Shown here in pieces: positions 38,067 to 46,887 of a stretch of DNA of 64,000 nt. The stretch's first letter is position 1. Every line of letters begins with the position of its first letter. Origin of the DNA: a virus. Lineage: Duplodnaviria; Caudoviricetes. The stretch lies in IMG/VR virus record IMGVR_UViG_3300024297_000001; one strand, written 5' to 3'. The notes below the pieces were generated by a model. The model had not been told where the DNA came from, did not search any database, and saw only the letters and a program-made list of their open reading frames with translations. A program made the translations under genes and the position numbers.

Positions 38067-39046
38067 ACGTATCTCGCATTTAATGGCTCGCTATAACTCT
38101 GTACTTGTTCACCTACTTTTACCAAGTCGTGTTTAGCACAGAACTTCATAAGTTTAATACCTACTTGTGTAATTGCCTTAGGCTCTACTGTAGCATCTTT
38201 GATTACACTATCAATAATACTTCTAATGTTATCTGGCTGTGCAGTCAAATCACAAAGTGTTACGTTACGAGTATAGTCATCTAATACTCTATGTTCGTCA
38301 CCATTATGATCTACCCAACGTTGTAACATCAAGTTATTCCAGTTGTAGCCTTTGCTATCCTTGTCAGCAAACGCCTCTGTTAAGCCTACCTTGTTCTTTG
38401 TACCTTTTACTCTTACACCAGGATATGCACTGAACACGTTATCACTTGTGTCACCTCGCATACACTTTTCAAACAATAACCATTGTGGATTAGGTGCAGG
38501 ACGTTCTGCCTTAGTTTTCTTATCTATAACACGATTACCTTTCTTATCAAAGTAACCTTCATGTGTAATAGTCATGTCTTGAATACCATTGTATTGTTTA
38601 CAGTTAGGAGCAATAAGTTGTGCAAAGTCGCCATCAGTTGAAACAATAACATGATTATCATTAGGGTGTGCTTGTACCCAACCTGCAATCAAGTCATCTG
38701 CTTCAAGTTCAGGATGTTGTAATACAGAACAATTAGTTTTATTACCTACGAAATCTTTGAACTCATCAAACATTTCCCAGAACACTTCATCTTCTTCTTG
38801 TTGTTGTGGAGTAGCCGCCGCTCGTGCATCACTTCTATTTCGCTTGTACGGCTCATAAAAGTCCTTACGCCAACTACGACCTTCTAAACAAAATACAACA
38901 TGCGACCCATCAAAGTCCTGCCAAGCCTTTCTTACACCAGCAAGTGTAATATGAAAAGCCATACCAACCTTATCTGTAAGGTTACCACGAATTACGTGTC
39001 TTGCACGAAAAAATGTGTTAGCAGTATCAACGAGTATGTATGTCAT
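38057..39046 (-). CDS. rnh: T4 RNase H-like 5'-3' exonuclease
   Basis: ILVDTAN, SWRKDFYEPYKRNR, EADDLIA, IVSTDGDFAQL, GDTSDNV. Confidence 0.9.
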   Translation of the reverse strand: MTYILVDTANTFFRARHVIRGNLTDKVGMAFHITLAGVRKAWQDFDGSHVVFCLEGRSWRKDFYEPYKRNRSDARAAATPQQQEEDEVFWEMFDEFKDFVGNKTNCSVLQHPELEADDLIAGWVQAHPNDNHVIVSTDGDFAQLIAPNCKQYNGIQDMTITHEGYFDKKGNRVIDKKTKAERPAPNPQWLLFEKCMRGDTSDNVFSAYPGVRVKGTKNKVGLTEAFADKDSKGYNWNNLMLQRWVDHNGDEHRVLDDYTRNVTLCDLTAQPDNIRSIIDSVIKDATVEPKAITQVGIKLMKFCAKHDLVKVGEQVQSYSEPLNARYVCN

Positions 39047-39078
39047 TTAGTTGTCCTCTTGTAATAAAATATAGTGTT

Positions 39079-39107
39079 ATTATACTACTTTTTAGTACTG
39101 TTGTCAA
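39079..39107 (-). promoter_or_regulatory. Consensus sigma70 promoter TTGACA-17-TATAAT for rnh
   Basis: Perfect hexamers; the -35 lies in the last codons of 39085..39813. Confidence 0.8.
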
Positions 39108-39813
39108 CCTGTTTATTTGCTTCTGCTTGTGCTTTATACTTTTCTTGTATTTTGGTTAGCACTTCTTTGTTCATAAACGGAATGGCATTCATTTCTTCGT
39201 GATTGAATGAACCCGTTAATCTTAAATCAAATGCTACACTAACTCTTGGATCTTTTGAATCATGCTCACCTGTATAGTGTTGTGTGCTACTCGGGAACAT
39301 TACACAGCCACCTTTTTTATTTGGTAAGCCAAGTTTTGATTCAGGATCATAACAACTTCTGTAAAATGTTGCAGTTGAATAATCTTCCAAATGCATATTA
39401 CCACTCAAATAAGAATCTGGTTGAGCACCGTGTGAGTGCGGTTCCATTGCTTCATTTTGTTTAAGAATGTTTGCCCAACATACAATCTGCAAGTCTTTAA
39501 GTTCAAGTTGTGCAGTTTGCACGTACTCAATATATGAATATCTTAAAAACGTTAGCAGTTCATTAAATGCAGGATCGTCTTGTGATAGTAAGTTATACTT
39601 TCCAAAACGTGTTGTAATATGATCTTTGCTTAGACCTGTACCACCTGTTGAGGTATATTCGTAATCTAAGATAGTCTTCTCGTTATCAATTATCCATTTT
39701 TTAATGGCATCTACATGCTCATGGTCAGTCCAGTTTGTTAACCAAAGAGGAATATTCCAACTTGGTGCAAACTCTGTTAATGGATGAAAACTTTTAATTC
39801 TTACAATACTCAT
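39085..39813 (-). CDS. Putative 2OG-Fe(II) oxygenase
   Basis: WANI...PHSH...YLSGN...MFPSSTQHYT...RVSVAFD. Confidence 0.8.
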   Translation of the reverse strand: MSIVRIKSFHPLTEFAPSWNIPLWLTNWTDHEHVDAIKKWIIDNEKTILDYEYTSTGGTGLSKDHITTRFGKYNLLSQDDPAFNELLTFLRYSYIEYVQTAQLELKDLQIVCWANILKQNEAMEPHSHGAQPDSYLSGNMHLEDYSTATFYRSCYDPESKLGLPNKKGGCVMFPSSTQHYTGEHDSKDPRVSVAFDLRLTGSFNHEEMNAIPFMNKEVLTKIQEKYKAQAEANKQVDNSTKK

Positions 39814-39935
39814 TACTTAATCTTCTTTCCGATATGACACATTTCTTTTAGTATCATTCTTAAATTTCTTGCAATCTTATATAGAAAAAATACTCCTGCA
39901 ATCATTATTGCGGTATCTAAATATTCAATTATCAT
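39813..39935 (-). CDS. Small membrane protein (40 aa; not in ORF track)
   Basis: SD GGAGG, MIIEYLDTAIMIAGVFFLYKIARNLRMILKEMCHIGKKIK, TAATG overlap with 39813. Confidence 0.6.
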   Translation of the reverse strand: MIIEYLDTAIMIAGVFFLYKIARNLRMILKEMCHIGKKIK

Positions 39936-40312
39936 TTTACCTCCGATTTATCTTTGCTTATTTTTGTTGTGTTAATATAACCTGCACCTCTTGTAGTGTC
40001 CATGCCTTCTTCTGCAAGTACATTTCTTGCGAGGTCTTTAAACCACAGGTCAACAATTTCTTCATTTGACTCACCTTTGTAACCAGCATCAAGCAGTTGC
40101 TCAATAAACTCGTTGTTCCAGTCAAGTTCAAAGAAACCATTTTTAATATTATCTTTGTTTACTTGTGTATCAAGTACGCCAACCCAAGGTTTCTTAGCCT
40201 TAGTTGCCGCTTCTTTTTCTTTTAACATAAGATCTCTATGCGAGAGCTCAGTTCCTTTTGTAGCCTTTTTCATGCCTAACATGTCTTTCATTTTATCTAA
40301 CATATTCACCAT
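39932..40312 (-). CDS. Hypothetical protein (126 aa)
   Basis: Clean ORF; FELDWN.EFIE.L..AGY core. Confidence 0.7.
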   Translation of the reverse strand: MVNMLDKMKDMLGMKKATKGTELSHRDLMLKEKEAATKAKKPWVGVLDTQVNKDNIKNGFFELDWNNEFIEQLLDAGYKGESNEEIVDLWFKDLARNVLAEEGMDTTRGAGYINTTKISKDKSEVK

Positions 40313-40746
40313 CCTGCCTTTCTAATAGCATCTTCGTCAAGTTGCTTGTTTTTGTTTTTCTTCTTACGTTTCACTTCGTCACGTGCCTCGTTCATTTCTT
40401 TATATGGATATAAACCGTCTGAATGTAAATGTACATCATTATCGACTTTTACTTTTTTCTTTGTTAACTTCTTAACAAGTAATGGAAGATACACACTTAC
40501 GCCTACAACCGTCCAAAAGGTTGCCAGCACTGTGAAATATAACTTCCAGTTAGCAATGTCTACCGCCATACCTAACGTAACACCACCTATCCATACATAA
40601 TCTAATAAGGCATGGAAACGTTTCCAATTACTTCCATACTTGGCTATTAGTGCTTCTCTCTTATGTGCAAACCAAGGGTGTACGTGTCGCATGATCACGA
40701 ACCCTTCGTTCAATACCATAACAGTAAATCCTAACCAAAATATCAT
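40306..40746 (-). CDS. Membrane protein
   Basis: Hydrophobic N-terminal and central segments, basic C-terminus. Confidence 0.6.
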   Translation of the reverse strand: MIFWLGFTVMVLNEGFVIMRHVHPWFAHKREALIAKYGSNWKRFHALLDYVWIGGVTLGMAVDIANWKLYFTVLATFWTVVGVSVYLPLLVKKLTKKKVKVDNDVHLHSDGLYPYKEMNEARDEVKRKKKNKNKQLDEDAIRKAGW

Positions 40747-40747
40747 A

Positions 40748-41647
40748 TTATGTTCCTATGGCGTTACCAAACAAGTAAACGTGTACTCGTGCCGCCACAT
40801 TATATCCTCTCTGAAAAGCCATCTTTGCAACATCACCTGCCGTTGCAGTTTGCTCTTCTTCTCTGGCTCCTACAGGCATAACCCATACAGGCCATTCAAC
40901 GCCTTCTGCTCTAAATTTTTCTATAACAGAATCCATTTCATCCCATTGTCTTTGTTCAGAACCAACAACAAACTTTAATTGTCCTGCTTTAGATAGTTCT
41001 GCATATTCGCCAACTACTTCTGGAATAATTGCTTTTTTACTTTCTTCACCTGCTACTGTCCATAATTTAGGACTACAACTAAAGAATACTTCTTCATTAA
41101 TTCTTTTTACCCATTCTTTAAATGGATCTCTTAACTTCTGTGTGCCGTTAGTTTCAAACGTCATGCTATCAGGCAAGTTACCTTGTCTTTCAAGTTCTTC
41201 ATATATTCCAACACTTGCCGCCTGTCCTGTAACCATTAAAGGTTCACCGCCAGTAAAACATAAGTGTTGTCTTTGTTTACTCATAGGATGAAGAAACAAT
41301 CCTTCTGGATTGCTATCTGTTTTTAATATATCAACAATCTTATTTGCTAATACAGTAGGAGTTTCTTGTCCCATTAAGTGTTTATACTTCTTTGCCCAAG
41401 TATAAGAACTATCGCAACCTTTTTCCCATACAGGTAAGTCTTCAACTCTTTTTACTTGGCTTACGTCATAATCCAGGAACGGCAGGTCATATGTATCCGG
41501 GTTAGTTGGATCTACTTGACCAAAGCCGCTACACTGTAAGTTACACAAGAAGAATCTAATCCATGCTGTCGGAACACCAGTATAGTGTCCTTCACCTTGA
41601 ATGGAGTGAAATATCTCACTGTAATAATACTTCTTCTCAGTTGTCAT
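40748..41647 (-). CDS. queE: 7-carboxy-7-deazaguanine synthase (radical SAM) with extended Cys motif
   Basis: YSEIFHSIQGEG.YTGVPTAWIRFFLCNLQC...GCDS, FTGGEPL, FETNGT, SPKL, RVHVYLFGN; adjacent to folE. Confidence 0.9.
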   Translation of the reverse strand: MTTEKKYYYSEIFHSIQGEGHYTGVPTAWIRFFLCNLQCSGFGQVDPTNPDTYDLPFLDYDVSQVKRVEDLPVWEKGCDSSYTWAKKYKHLMGQETPTVLANKIVDILKTDSNPEGLFLHPMSKQRQHLCFTGGEPLMVTGQAASVGIYEELERQGNLPDSMTFETNGTQKLRDPFKEWVKRINEEVFFSCSPKLWTVAGEESKKAIIPEVVGEYAELSKAGQLKFVVGSEQRQWDEMDSVIEKFRAEGVEWPVWVMPVGAREEEQTATAGDVAKMAFQRGYNVAARVHVYLFGNAIGT

Positions 41648-41659
41648 TATAAGAGCCTC

Positions 41660-42343
41660 CTAACAAGCAAACTGTTGTTGCAGTTTTACGTTGTCTATAA
41701 ACTCTTTTTTAGTTGCTGGATCGTCTTTAAATGCTCCACGTAATACAGTAGTTTGCGTTAAAGAACTATGTGCTTTAATACCTCTGTTCTCACAACAACC
41801 ATGTGTTGCTTGTACATAAACACCAACGTGTTCACTACCTGTTTCTTTTTGTATTGCATTTGCAATCATAACATTAAGTTCTTCTTGCAATGTTCCACGT
41901 GTTGCACACCATTGTGCGATCCTTGTGTACTTACTAAGACCTAAAAGTTTCGGACCTGCAATGATACCAATGTATGCTACTCCTTTAACAGTCTGGTGAT
42001 GATGTGAACATAAACTTGTAAGTTCACTCCTTACTACCAACATACCTTCATAACCACCTTCAATGTAGTTTGGAAATGCACTTGGGTTAGGCATCTTATC
42101 ATAACGTCCGGCCATAATCTCATTAATGTACATCTTAGCCATACGTCTTGCAGTATCCATACTGTTAGGATCTGTTTCTGTATCAATTAACAGTTTTTGC
42201 AATACATTTTCAAAAGCAGGAATTGCCTCTTCGATAAGTGCTTGTTTGTCACCTTCTTCGAGTACTTCGCTAATATTATCATTAGCCCAGTAACGAATAC
42301 CTTGCTCTTTTAGTTTTGCTTTTATTTCTTCTACTTTACTCAT
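41660..42343 (-). CDS. folE: GTP cyclohydrolase I
   Basis: SLCSHH, GLSKYTRI, LQE, HGCCENRG, TQTTVLRGAF. Confidence 0.95.
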   Translation of the reverse strand: MSKVEEIKAKLKEQGIRYWANDNISEVLEEGDKQALIEEAIPAFENVLQKLLIDTETDPNSMDTARRMAKMYINEIMAGRYDKMPNPSAFPNYIEGGYEGMLVVRSELTSLCSHHHQTVKGVAYIGIIAGPKLLGLSKYTRIAQWCATRGTLQEELNVMIANAIQKETGSEHVGVYVQATHGCCENRGIKAHSSLTQTTVLRGAFKDDPATKKEFIDNVKLQQQFAC

Positions 42344-42392
42344 TTACTTCTCCGATGTTAAGGCAGTGGATTGCCTGTCTTAGTTGTATTAT

Positions 42393-42421
42393 ATTATACG
42401 ATATATTTAGATCAATGTCAA
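42393..42421 (-). promoter_or_regulatory. Consensus sigma70 promoter TTGACA-17-TATAAT for folE-queE
   Basis: Perfect hexamers, 17-nt spacer. Confidence 0.8.
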
Positions 42422-42438
42422 ACACTTTATATATGGAT

Positions 42439-42642
42439 TTAACCAAAGTATTTGTTGAGCATTTCTAAACGATCGTGCGCCTGAGCCATTTTATCCAATT
42501 CCTTTTGGATGGTCTCAATAATATCTGAGTGTTCACCAATTCCAACTACCTGTTGCATGTACACTTCGATATTAGCCTTGTGCAAGTCAATCTCTGCTTC
42601 TGCATGTTTTCTTGCCGCATCTATCATTACTTGTTTCAACAT
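42439..42642 (-). CDS. Hypothetical protein (67 aa)
   Basis: Clean ORF with SD GGAAG. Confidence 0.65.
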   Translation of the reverse strand: MLKQVMIDAARKHAEAEIDLHKANIEVYMQQVVGIGEHSDIIETIQKELDKMAQAHDRLEMLNKYFG

Positions 42643-43448
42643 AAACTTCCTTTCATGTTAGGGATATATTCGTTTGCAATAAGAGTATGTGCTTCTAAAT
42701 TGAAATGCTCATCATCTACTACAAAGTCTTGTAATTCACCCTTGGTTAATAAAAACTGTGTTGCAGTTTTTTCTGATACGTCCGCTTGTACGTTCCCAAT
42801 GATATTTAGATCTTTAGGTAGCCAAGTCTGGTCGTTTATGGCAAAGATTTTTAACACCGCGTTGTTTTCTTTGCACATTTGATTCCAAAGATATACTTCT
42901 TTGAAAAACTGTCTTTGATTAACAACAGTCATTACTTCGTACCATGCTTTTACTCTTTGGTAACCTTCCTGTTGTAAGTTTGGTTCAACTAAATCAAACG
43001 GATCAAACTTCATACTTAATGTTGGTTGTATTGCATAATCACCAGACATAGTTATACGTCCGCCATCAAAACTTTTAAGTTCGTCATTCCACATATTAAT
43101 ATTATAACAATCAATACGTCCTTTTGTTTCTTCTTGCATCATATGAGCATCAAGTGGAATAATGTTTTCGTAATAACAAGGATTACTAAATCCTAATCTA
43201 TAACGATTCCAATATGTTTGTTGTATAACAACTTCGTCAATGTCGTCATACTTTTTAAACAAGAAAGCAAGACGCTCACTATAATCATACCAACCTCTAC
43301 CAGGACAAGCAAATATCACACCGTCCTTGTTTTGATTGTTAATATAAACTTCCGCCCAGTTGTTATCATTCCAACGGTCACGTATACCATCGGGAGCAGG
43401 GAATTGATATCCTGCACTATGACTACAACCTATAACGGCAGTTCTCAT
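42636..43448 (-). CDS. SGNH hydrolase-like protein
   Basis: AVIGCSHSAG (block I) and C-terminal VDDEHFN (DxxH); resembles 14165. Confidence 0.5.
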   Translation of the reverse strand: MRTAVIGCSHSAGYQFPAPDGIRDRWNDNNWAEVYINNQNKDGVIFACPGRGWYDYSERLAFLFKKYDDIDEVVIQQTYWNRYRLGFSNPCYYENIIPLDAHMMQEETKGRIDCYNINMWNDELKSFDGGRITMSGDYAIQPTLSMKFDPFDLVEPNLQQEGYQRVKAWYEVMTVVNQRQFFKEVYLWNQMCKENNAVLKIFAINDQTWLPKDLNIIGNVQADVSEKTATQFLLTKGELQDFVVDDEHFNLEAHTLIANEYIPNMKGSLC

Positions 43449-43840
43449 TATACGCAATCTCCTTCAAGAAATAAATCTGGTTGTTTAGGATTTGAAATTG
43501 TATACTTTTGCATATTAGGAATAACTCCACGTACACCGCCTTTAGGATCAGACATGTCGCCTTTGCGTCTTGGAATTAAATGTACGTGTGGATACATAAC
43601 AGTTTGTCCTGCTTCTTCTCCAACGTTCTGTCCTACATTAAAAGCATCACAGTAGCCACGTTCAACCCAATCGTAACCCCATTTATATGCCGCTTCCCAA
43701 CACTTAACAATATCTTGCCAAGACTGCTCTTTCGGTACAAAAAGAAGATGTCCTTCTGTTACTGGATACTTGTCTTTAAAAACTGTAAAACCTTTAGCAT
43801 CAAGTAAAACATCTTTCCATGGTGTTTCGTTAAATTGCAT
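43448..43840 (-). CDS. HIT family nucleotide hydrolase
   Basis: DKYPVTEGHLLFVPK, FNVGQNVG..AGQTV, HVHLIPR. Confidence 0.9.
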   Translation of the reverse strand: MQFNETPWKDVLLDAKGFTVFKDKYPVTEGHLLFVPKEQSWQDIVKCWEAAYKWGYDWVERGYCDAFNVGQNVGEEAGQTVMYPHVHLIPRRKGDMSDPKGGVRGVIPNMQKYTISNPKQPDLFLEGDCV

Positions 43841-44413
43841 TTAATATACTCCTACGTTTTCCCAAGGATAAACCAACCAGACGTCTTCCTCGGCTTTGTT
43901 AACTTCATGACAACTATAACTCACCTGGCTAAAGTTGCTGGCTAAATTTTCTGTAAGTGTAGCAAATTTTACACTGTTTCCCCATACCGCATTCCAGGCA
44001 ACATCTTCTTGTGGCAAACAACCACTTTGCCAATCATTCTTAATCCAATTAAATGTAGCACCAGTATCGTTGATGTCATCTACAATAAGTATCTTCTTTC
44101 TTAAACTTGGATCCCATCTTGAACCTGCAACCTTAGTTGTTGTACCTGTGGTATCTTCATTGTAACCAAATGCATCACTGGCCATCCAGGCGGCACTATC
44201 ATTATAGCCACCTTTCTCTCCATCACGTAAACTTACCTTAAGTGCTTCGCAACGTATTCCTGTCATGTTACTAATAATAGTTGCAGGAACATTACCACCT
44301 CGTGTAATGCCTACAATATAGTCAGGACGCCAATCGTCCTTGTACATCTGATTTATAATACTTTGACACATATTTTCTACGTCAGTCCAAGTATAATAAT
44401 GCTTCTTAACCAT
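43841..44413 (-). CDS. Type I phosphoribosyltransferase (Gpt-like)
   Basis: IVGITRGG, PRPP motif ILIVDDINDTGAT, WLVYPWE. Start at ATG 44413. Confidence 0.85.
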   Translation of the reverse strand: MVKKHYYTWTDVENMCQSIINQMYKDDWRPDYIVGITRGGNVPATIISNMTGIRCEALKVSLRDGEKGGYNDSAAWMASDAFGYNEDTTGTTTKVAGSRWDPSLRKKILIVDDINDTGATFNWIKNDWQSGCLPQEDVAWNAVWGNSVKFATLTENLASNFSQVSYSCHEVNKAEEDVWLVYPWENVGVY

Positions 44414-45038
44414 AGTTTCTCCTAATTTGTAATACGTCTTGATTACCTTGTTGAACAATTATTCCAGTACCGTTGCCTTTACCTGCCTCAACAAATTTAA
44501 GTGCAGGAACAAATCTTGCAGTGTTTCTAAATCCTGTAGCACTATGATTAATGCTACTCTTAAAGAAACAGAACCTGCCTGGTATTGGTGCGATACTTAA
44601 CACCAATGGATCTGTGTTTCCTTGTATATCTTGAAGTTTATATCCATCAAGATCATCTTTAGTAATATAGAACTTTGTTTCTCCTTTATCATCAGGCTTC
44701 CATGATGTATTGCAGTAATAAAGCAATGTCCAATCACAATCATCTTTGTGATAGTATGCATCTTCGCCTGTTGCAAAAAAGTTTAAGTTACTTCTACGGT
44801 ATTCTAATCCTTCAAGGTCTTTTAGTTTTTCATTAACTACGTTCCATAAAGTTTGCCATGAATGAGTAGGCTCAAAGTCAAAGCATTGTAATCCTGTAGG
44901 TGGTTGATCTGGATTGTCTCTCGTACCCCACTTAAACGGAACATCTTGAATATTCTTTTCAAGAGCACCTATAGTATTAGGTGTAAACACGTTATCGTAT
45001 GTTATTATAAGTCCGCCAAAGTAAGATGTTCTATCCAA
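44406..45038 (-). CDS. 2OG-Fe(II) oxygenase (prolyl-hydroxylase-like)
   Basis: YYHKD (HxD), LLYYCN..W....GET.F, FFKSSINHSA...RF. Confidence 0.8.
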   Translation of the reverse strand: MDRTSYFGGLIITYDNVFTPNTIGALEKNIQDVPFKWGTRDNPDQPPTGLQCFDFEPTHSWQTLWNVVNEKLKDLEGLEYRRSNLNFFATGEDAYYHKDDCDWTLLYYCNTSWKPDDKGETKFYITKDDLDGYKLQDIQGNTDPLVLSIAPIPGRFCFFKSSINHSATGFRNTARFVPALKFVEAGKGNGTGIIVQQGNQDVLQIRRNYG

Positions 45039-45549
45039 TGTTATTCTCCCGTTCGTTCAAGTATTCTTCATTATGAACCCATCTGTAACCTGCATTGGCC
45101 CATTCATTACCTGAGTTACCATATACGAAACGTACAAATCCCCATTCCTTTTCTTTACGTCCCATATAAAAAATACTCCAACAAGGTATTTCATTTCCAT
45201 CTTCGTCTTTAGCAAGTTCTAACCAATGTAAGTCATCTGCTTTTCTAAAACGGAAACTACCAGGTCCACGCCATACTTTTGTTGAACCAACGACAGCACC
45301 TTCCTGTGAATGTATTGGAATGTGTTCCCAATATCCACCTTTAATAATAAATGCTCCCCAATTCCAAGGATGATCATGCAATGTAGGTTCATCACTTACA
45401 AGAACCTTATGCAATGTAATATTGAAAGGAAACTTCTTTCTATCTTTTAGAAACAAGTAGTAACGAACAAGATATGGTATCTTGCCTGTTCTATCTGTAA
45501 TAACTCGGCGTCTTCCGAGCATGTCCATTATTTTAGAAAGGAAGTTCAT
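45031..45549 (-). CDS. Cupin-like protein
   Basis: LHDHPW...IIKGGYWEH...DLHWLEL His-rich cupin pattern. Confidence 0.6.
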   Translation of the reverse strand: MNFLSKIMDMLGRRRVITDRTGKIPYLVRYYLFLKDRKKFPFNITLHKVLVSDEPTLHDHPWNWGAFIIKGGYWEHIPIHSQEGAVVGSTKVWRGPGSFRFRKADDLHWLELAKDEDGNEIPCWSIFYMGRKEKEWGFVRFVYGNSGNEWANAGYRWVHNEEYLNERENNIG

Positions 45550-45835
45550 CTTTATAATCGTCTTTCACTAAATTGTATACTTCTAAAAATTTTTCATATT
45601 GTATTTTTAAAGCAGGATATTGTTTAATCATTTCTTGTACTTTGTATTCGCTTGGCCATGTTTCTTCTTTGTATGATGTGCCTGCAAAGTCAGTGTTAAT
45701 TGTTAATGGAGTAGTACCGTCTTGACCATCTAAGTCTGAAATGTCAAATGTGTATGTTGGTGTTTCACTCACTATGCCGCCAACTGTTTCACCACTGTAT
45801 GTAAGTGTATAATCAGTGCTATCATCGTCCATCAT
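45533..45835 (-). CDS. Hypothetical acidic protein
   Basis: ORF with SD GGAG; C-terminal YPAL..QYEKF..VYNLV. Confidence 0.6.
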   Translation of the reverse strand: MMDDDSTDYTLTYSGETVGGIVSETPTYTFDISDLDGQDGTTPLTINTDFAGTSYKEETWPSEYKVQEMIKQYPALKIQYEKFLEVYNLVKDDYKDELPF

Positions 45836-46877
45836 TATCTCCAATAGTTTTATATAATGCTTTTCCTGAAAAGAACTCGCCTTTCAGTTTATTAACTTGT
45901 TGTTGTACTTTTAGCAAGTACTTGTCATAGTTCTCAACATAATCTGTAATAAGATTCATTACTTTTTGTTTATGTTTTTTGTAACTATCTAAGTCTTGTG
46001 TCCATTCACTTGGATATAAAAACTCTGGCAATGCCATTTCACTGTAACTTAATCTATCTGGCATCATTGGCAATGCATCTACAAGAGCACCTTCATACCA
46101 ACTAATACCTAATGTTTCTTGTAAGTTAGCACTAAACACAACCTTTGCTTCACCTAATAAATTATGATATTCATTTTTAGTAAGTTCACGTTCTTGACAA
46201 ATAACAAATTCGTATTGTGTCATGCTTTCTTTTAAATCTCTAAATATATCAACTTGCTTCTCTGGAGCAATTCTATGCGGAAACAAAATCATGTTTTTCT
46301 TTGTCATGCCTTTGTACTGTGCAAAACTATTTGCCAAGTACTCCATAGGCCAACCTACTATGTTTGACTTTGTTAATAATGTTGGAAAACTTTGTATATA
46401 CAGTTGTTTATGAAACTCTGTTGCAAAAAAATTATTATCATAGCATTCATACATACTACGTTCTGCACTTCTACACCAATCAGCATCACCAATTAATCTT
46501 CCTAAGAAGTCTTGTGGATCATAACTGCCGGCGTGCCACATACCACCTACCTTAATCTTAACACCAAGTAATTCAGCCATATACTTTAATTGTATTACAG
46601 TTGGATTCCAAGCATCTGTGTATAGGAAGTAGTCGCCATCTTTAATTTCACCATTAGCAAATAGTCTGCTAATTTCTAACATTTGCTGAGACTTATAATT
46701 GTTAGTCCCTGCAAAGTTAAGGAATGCCCCAGGCGTTGTAGCCTGAGGCACTTCTCCGCCACTAATAACAACTACCTCAGAATTAGTTGCACGTTTCATT
46801 TGCTTTGGAAGATGTTCCTTCCACTGCTTTGTGTAACGTGTATCAACTGCTTCAATGTCTACGATGTAAATTGTCAT
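45822..46877 (-). CDS. GT-B glycosyltransferase (GT4-like)
   Basis: FPHRIAPEKQ (R...K) and QETLGISWYEG...PMMPDRLSYSEM (ExxGxxxxE nucleotide-sugar motif). Confidence 0.75.
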   Translation of the reverse strand: MTIYIVDIEAVDTRYTKQWKEHLPKQMKRATNSEVVVISGGEVPQATTPGAFLNFAGTNNYKSQQMLEISRLFANGEIKDGDYFLYTDAWNPTVIQLKYMAELLGVKIKVGGMWHAGSYDPQDFLGRLIGDADWCRSAERSMYECYDNNFFATEFHKQLYIQSFPTLLTKSNIVGWPMEYLANSFAQYKGMTKKNMILFPHRIAPEKQVDIFRDLKESMTQYEFVICQERELTKNEYHNLLGEAKVVFSANLQETLGISWYEGALVDALPMMPDRLSYSEMALPEFLYPSEWTQDLDSYKKHKQKVMNLITDYVENYDKYLLKVQQQVNKLKGEFFSGKALYKTIGDNDGR

Positions 46878-46887
46878 TAGTGTCTCC

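Noticed and set aside
42344-42392. preQ1 riboswitch upstream of folE
   Set aside because: The loop is only 6 nt and there is no A-rich 3' tail, so it does not match preQ1-I as I recall it. Kept only as a low-interest hairpin.
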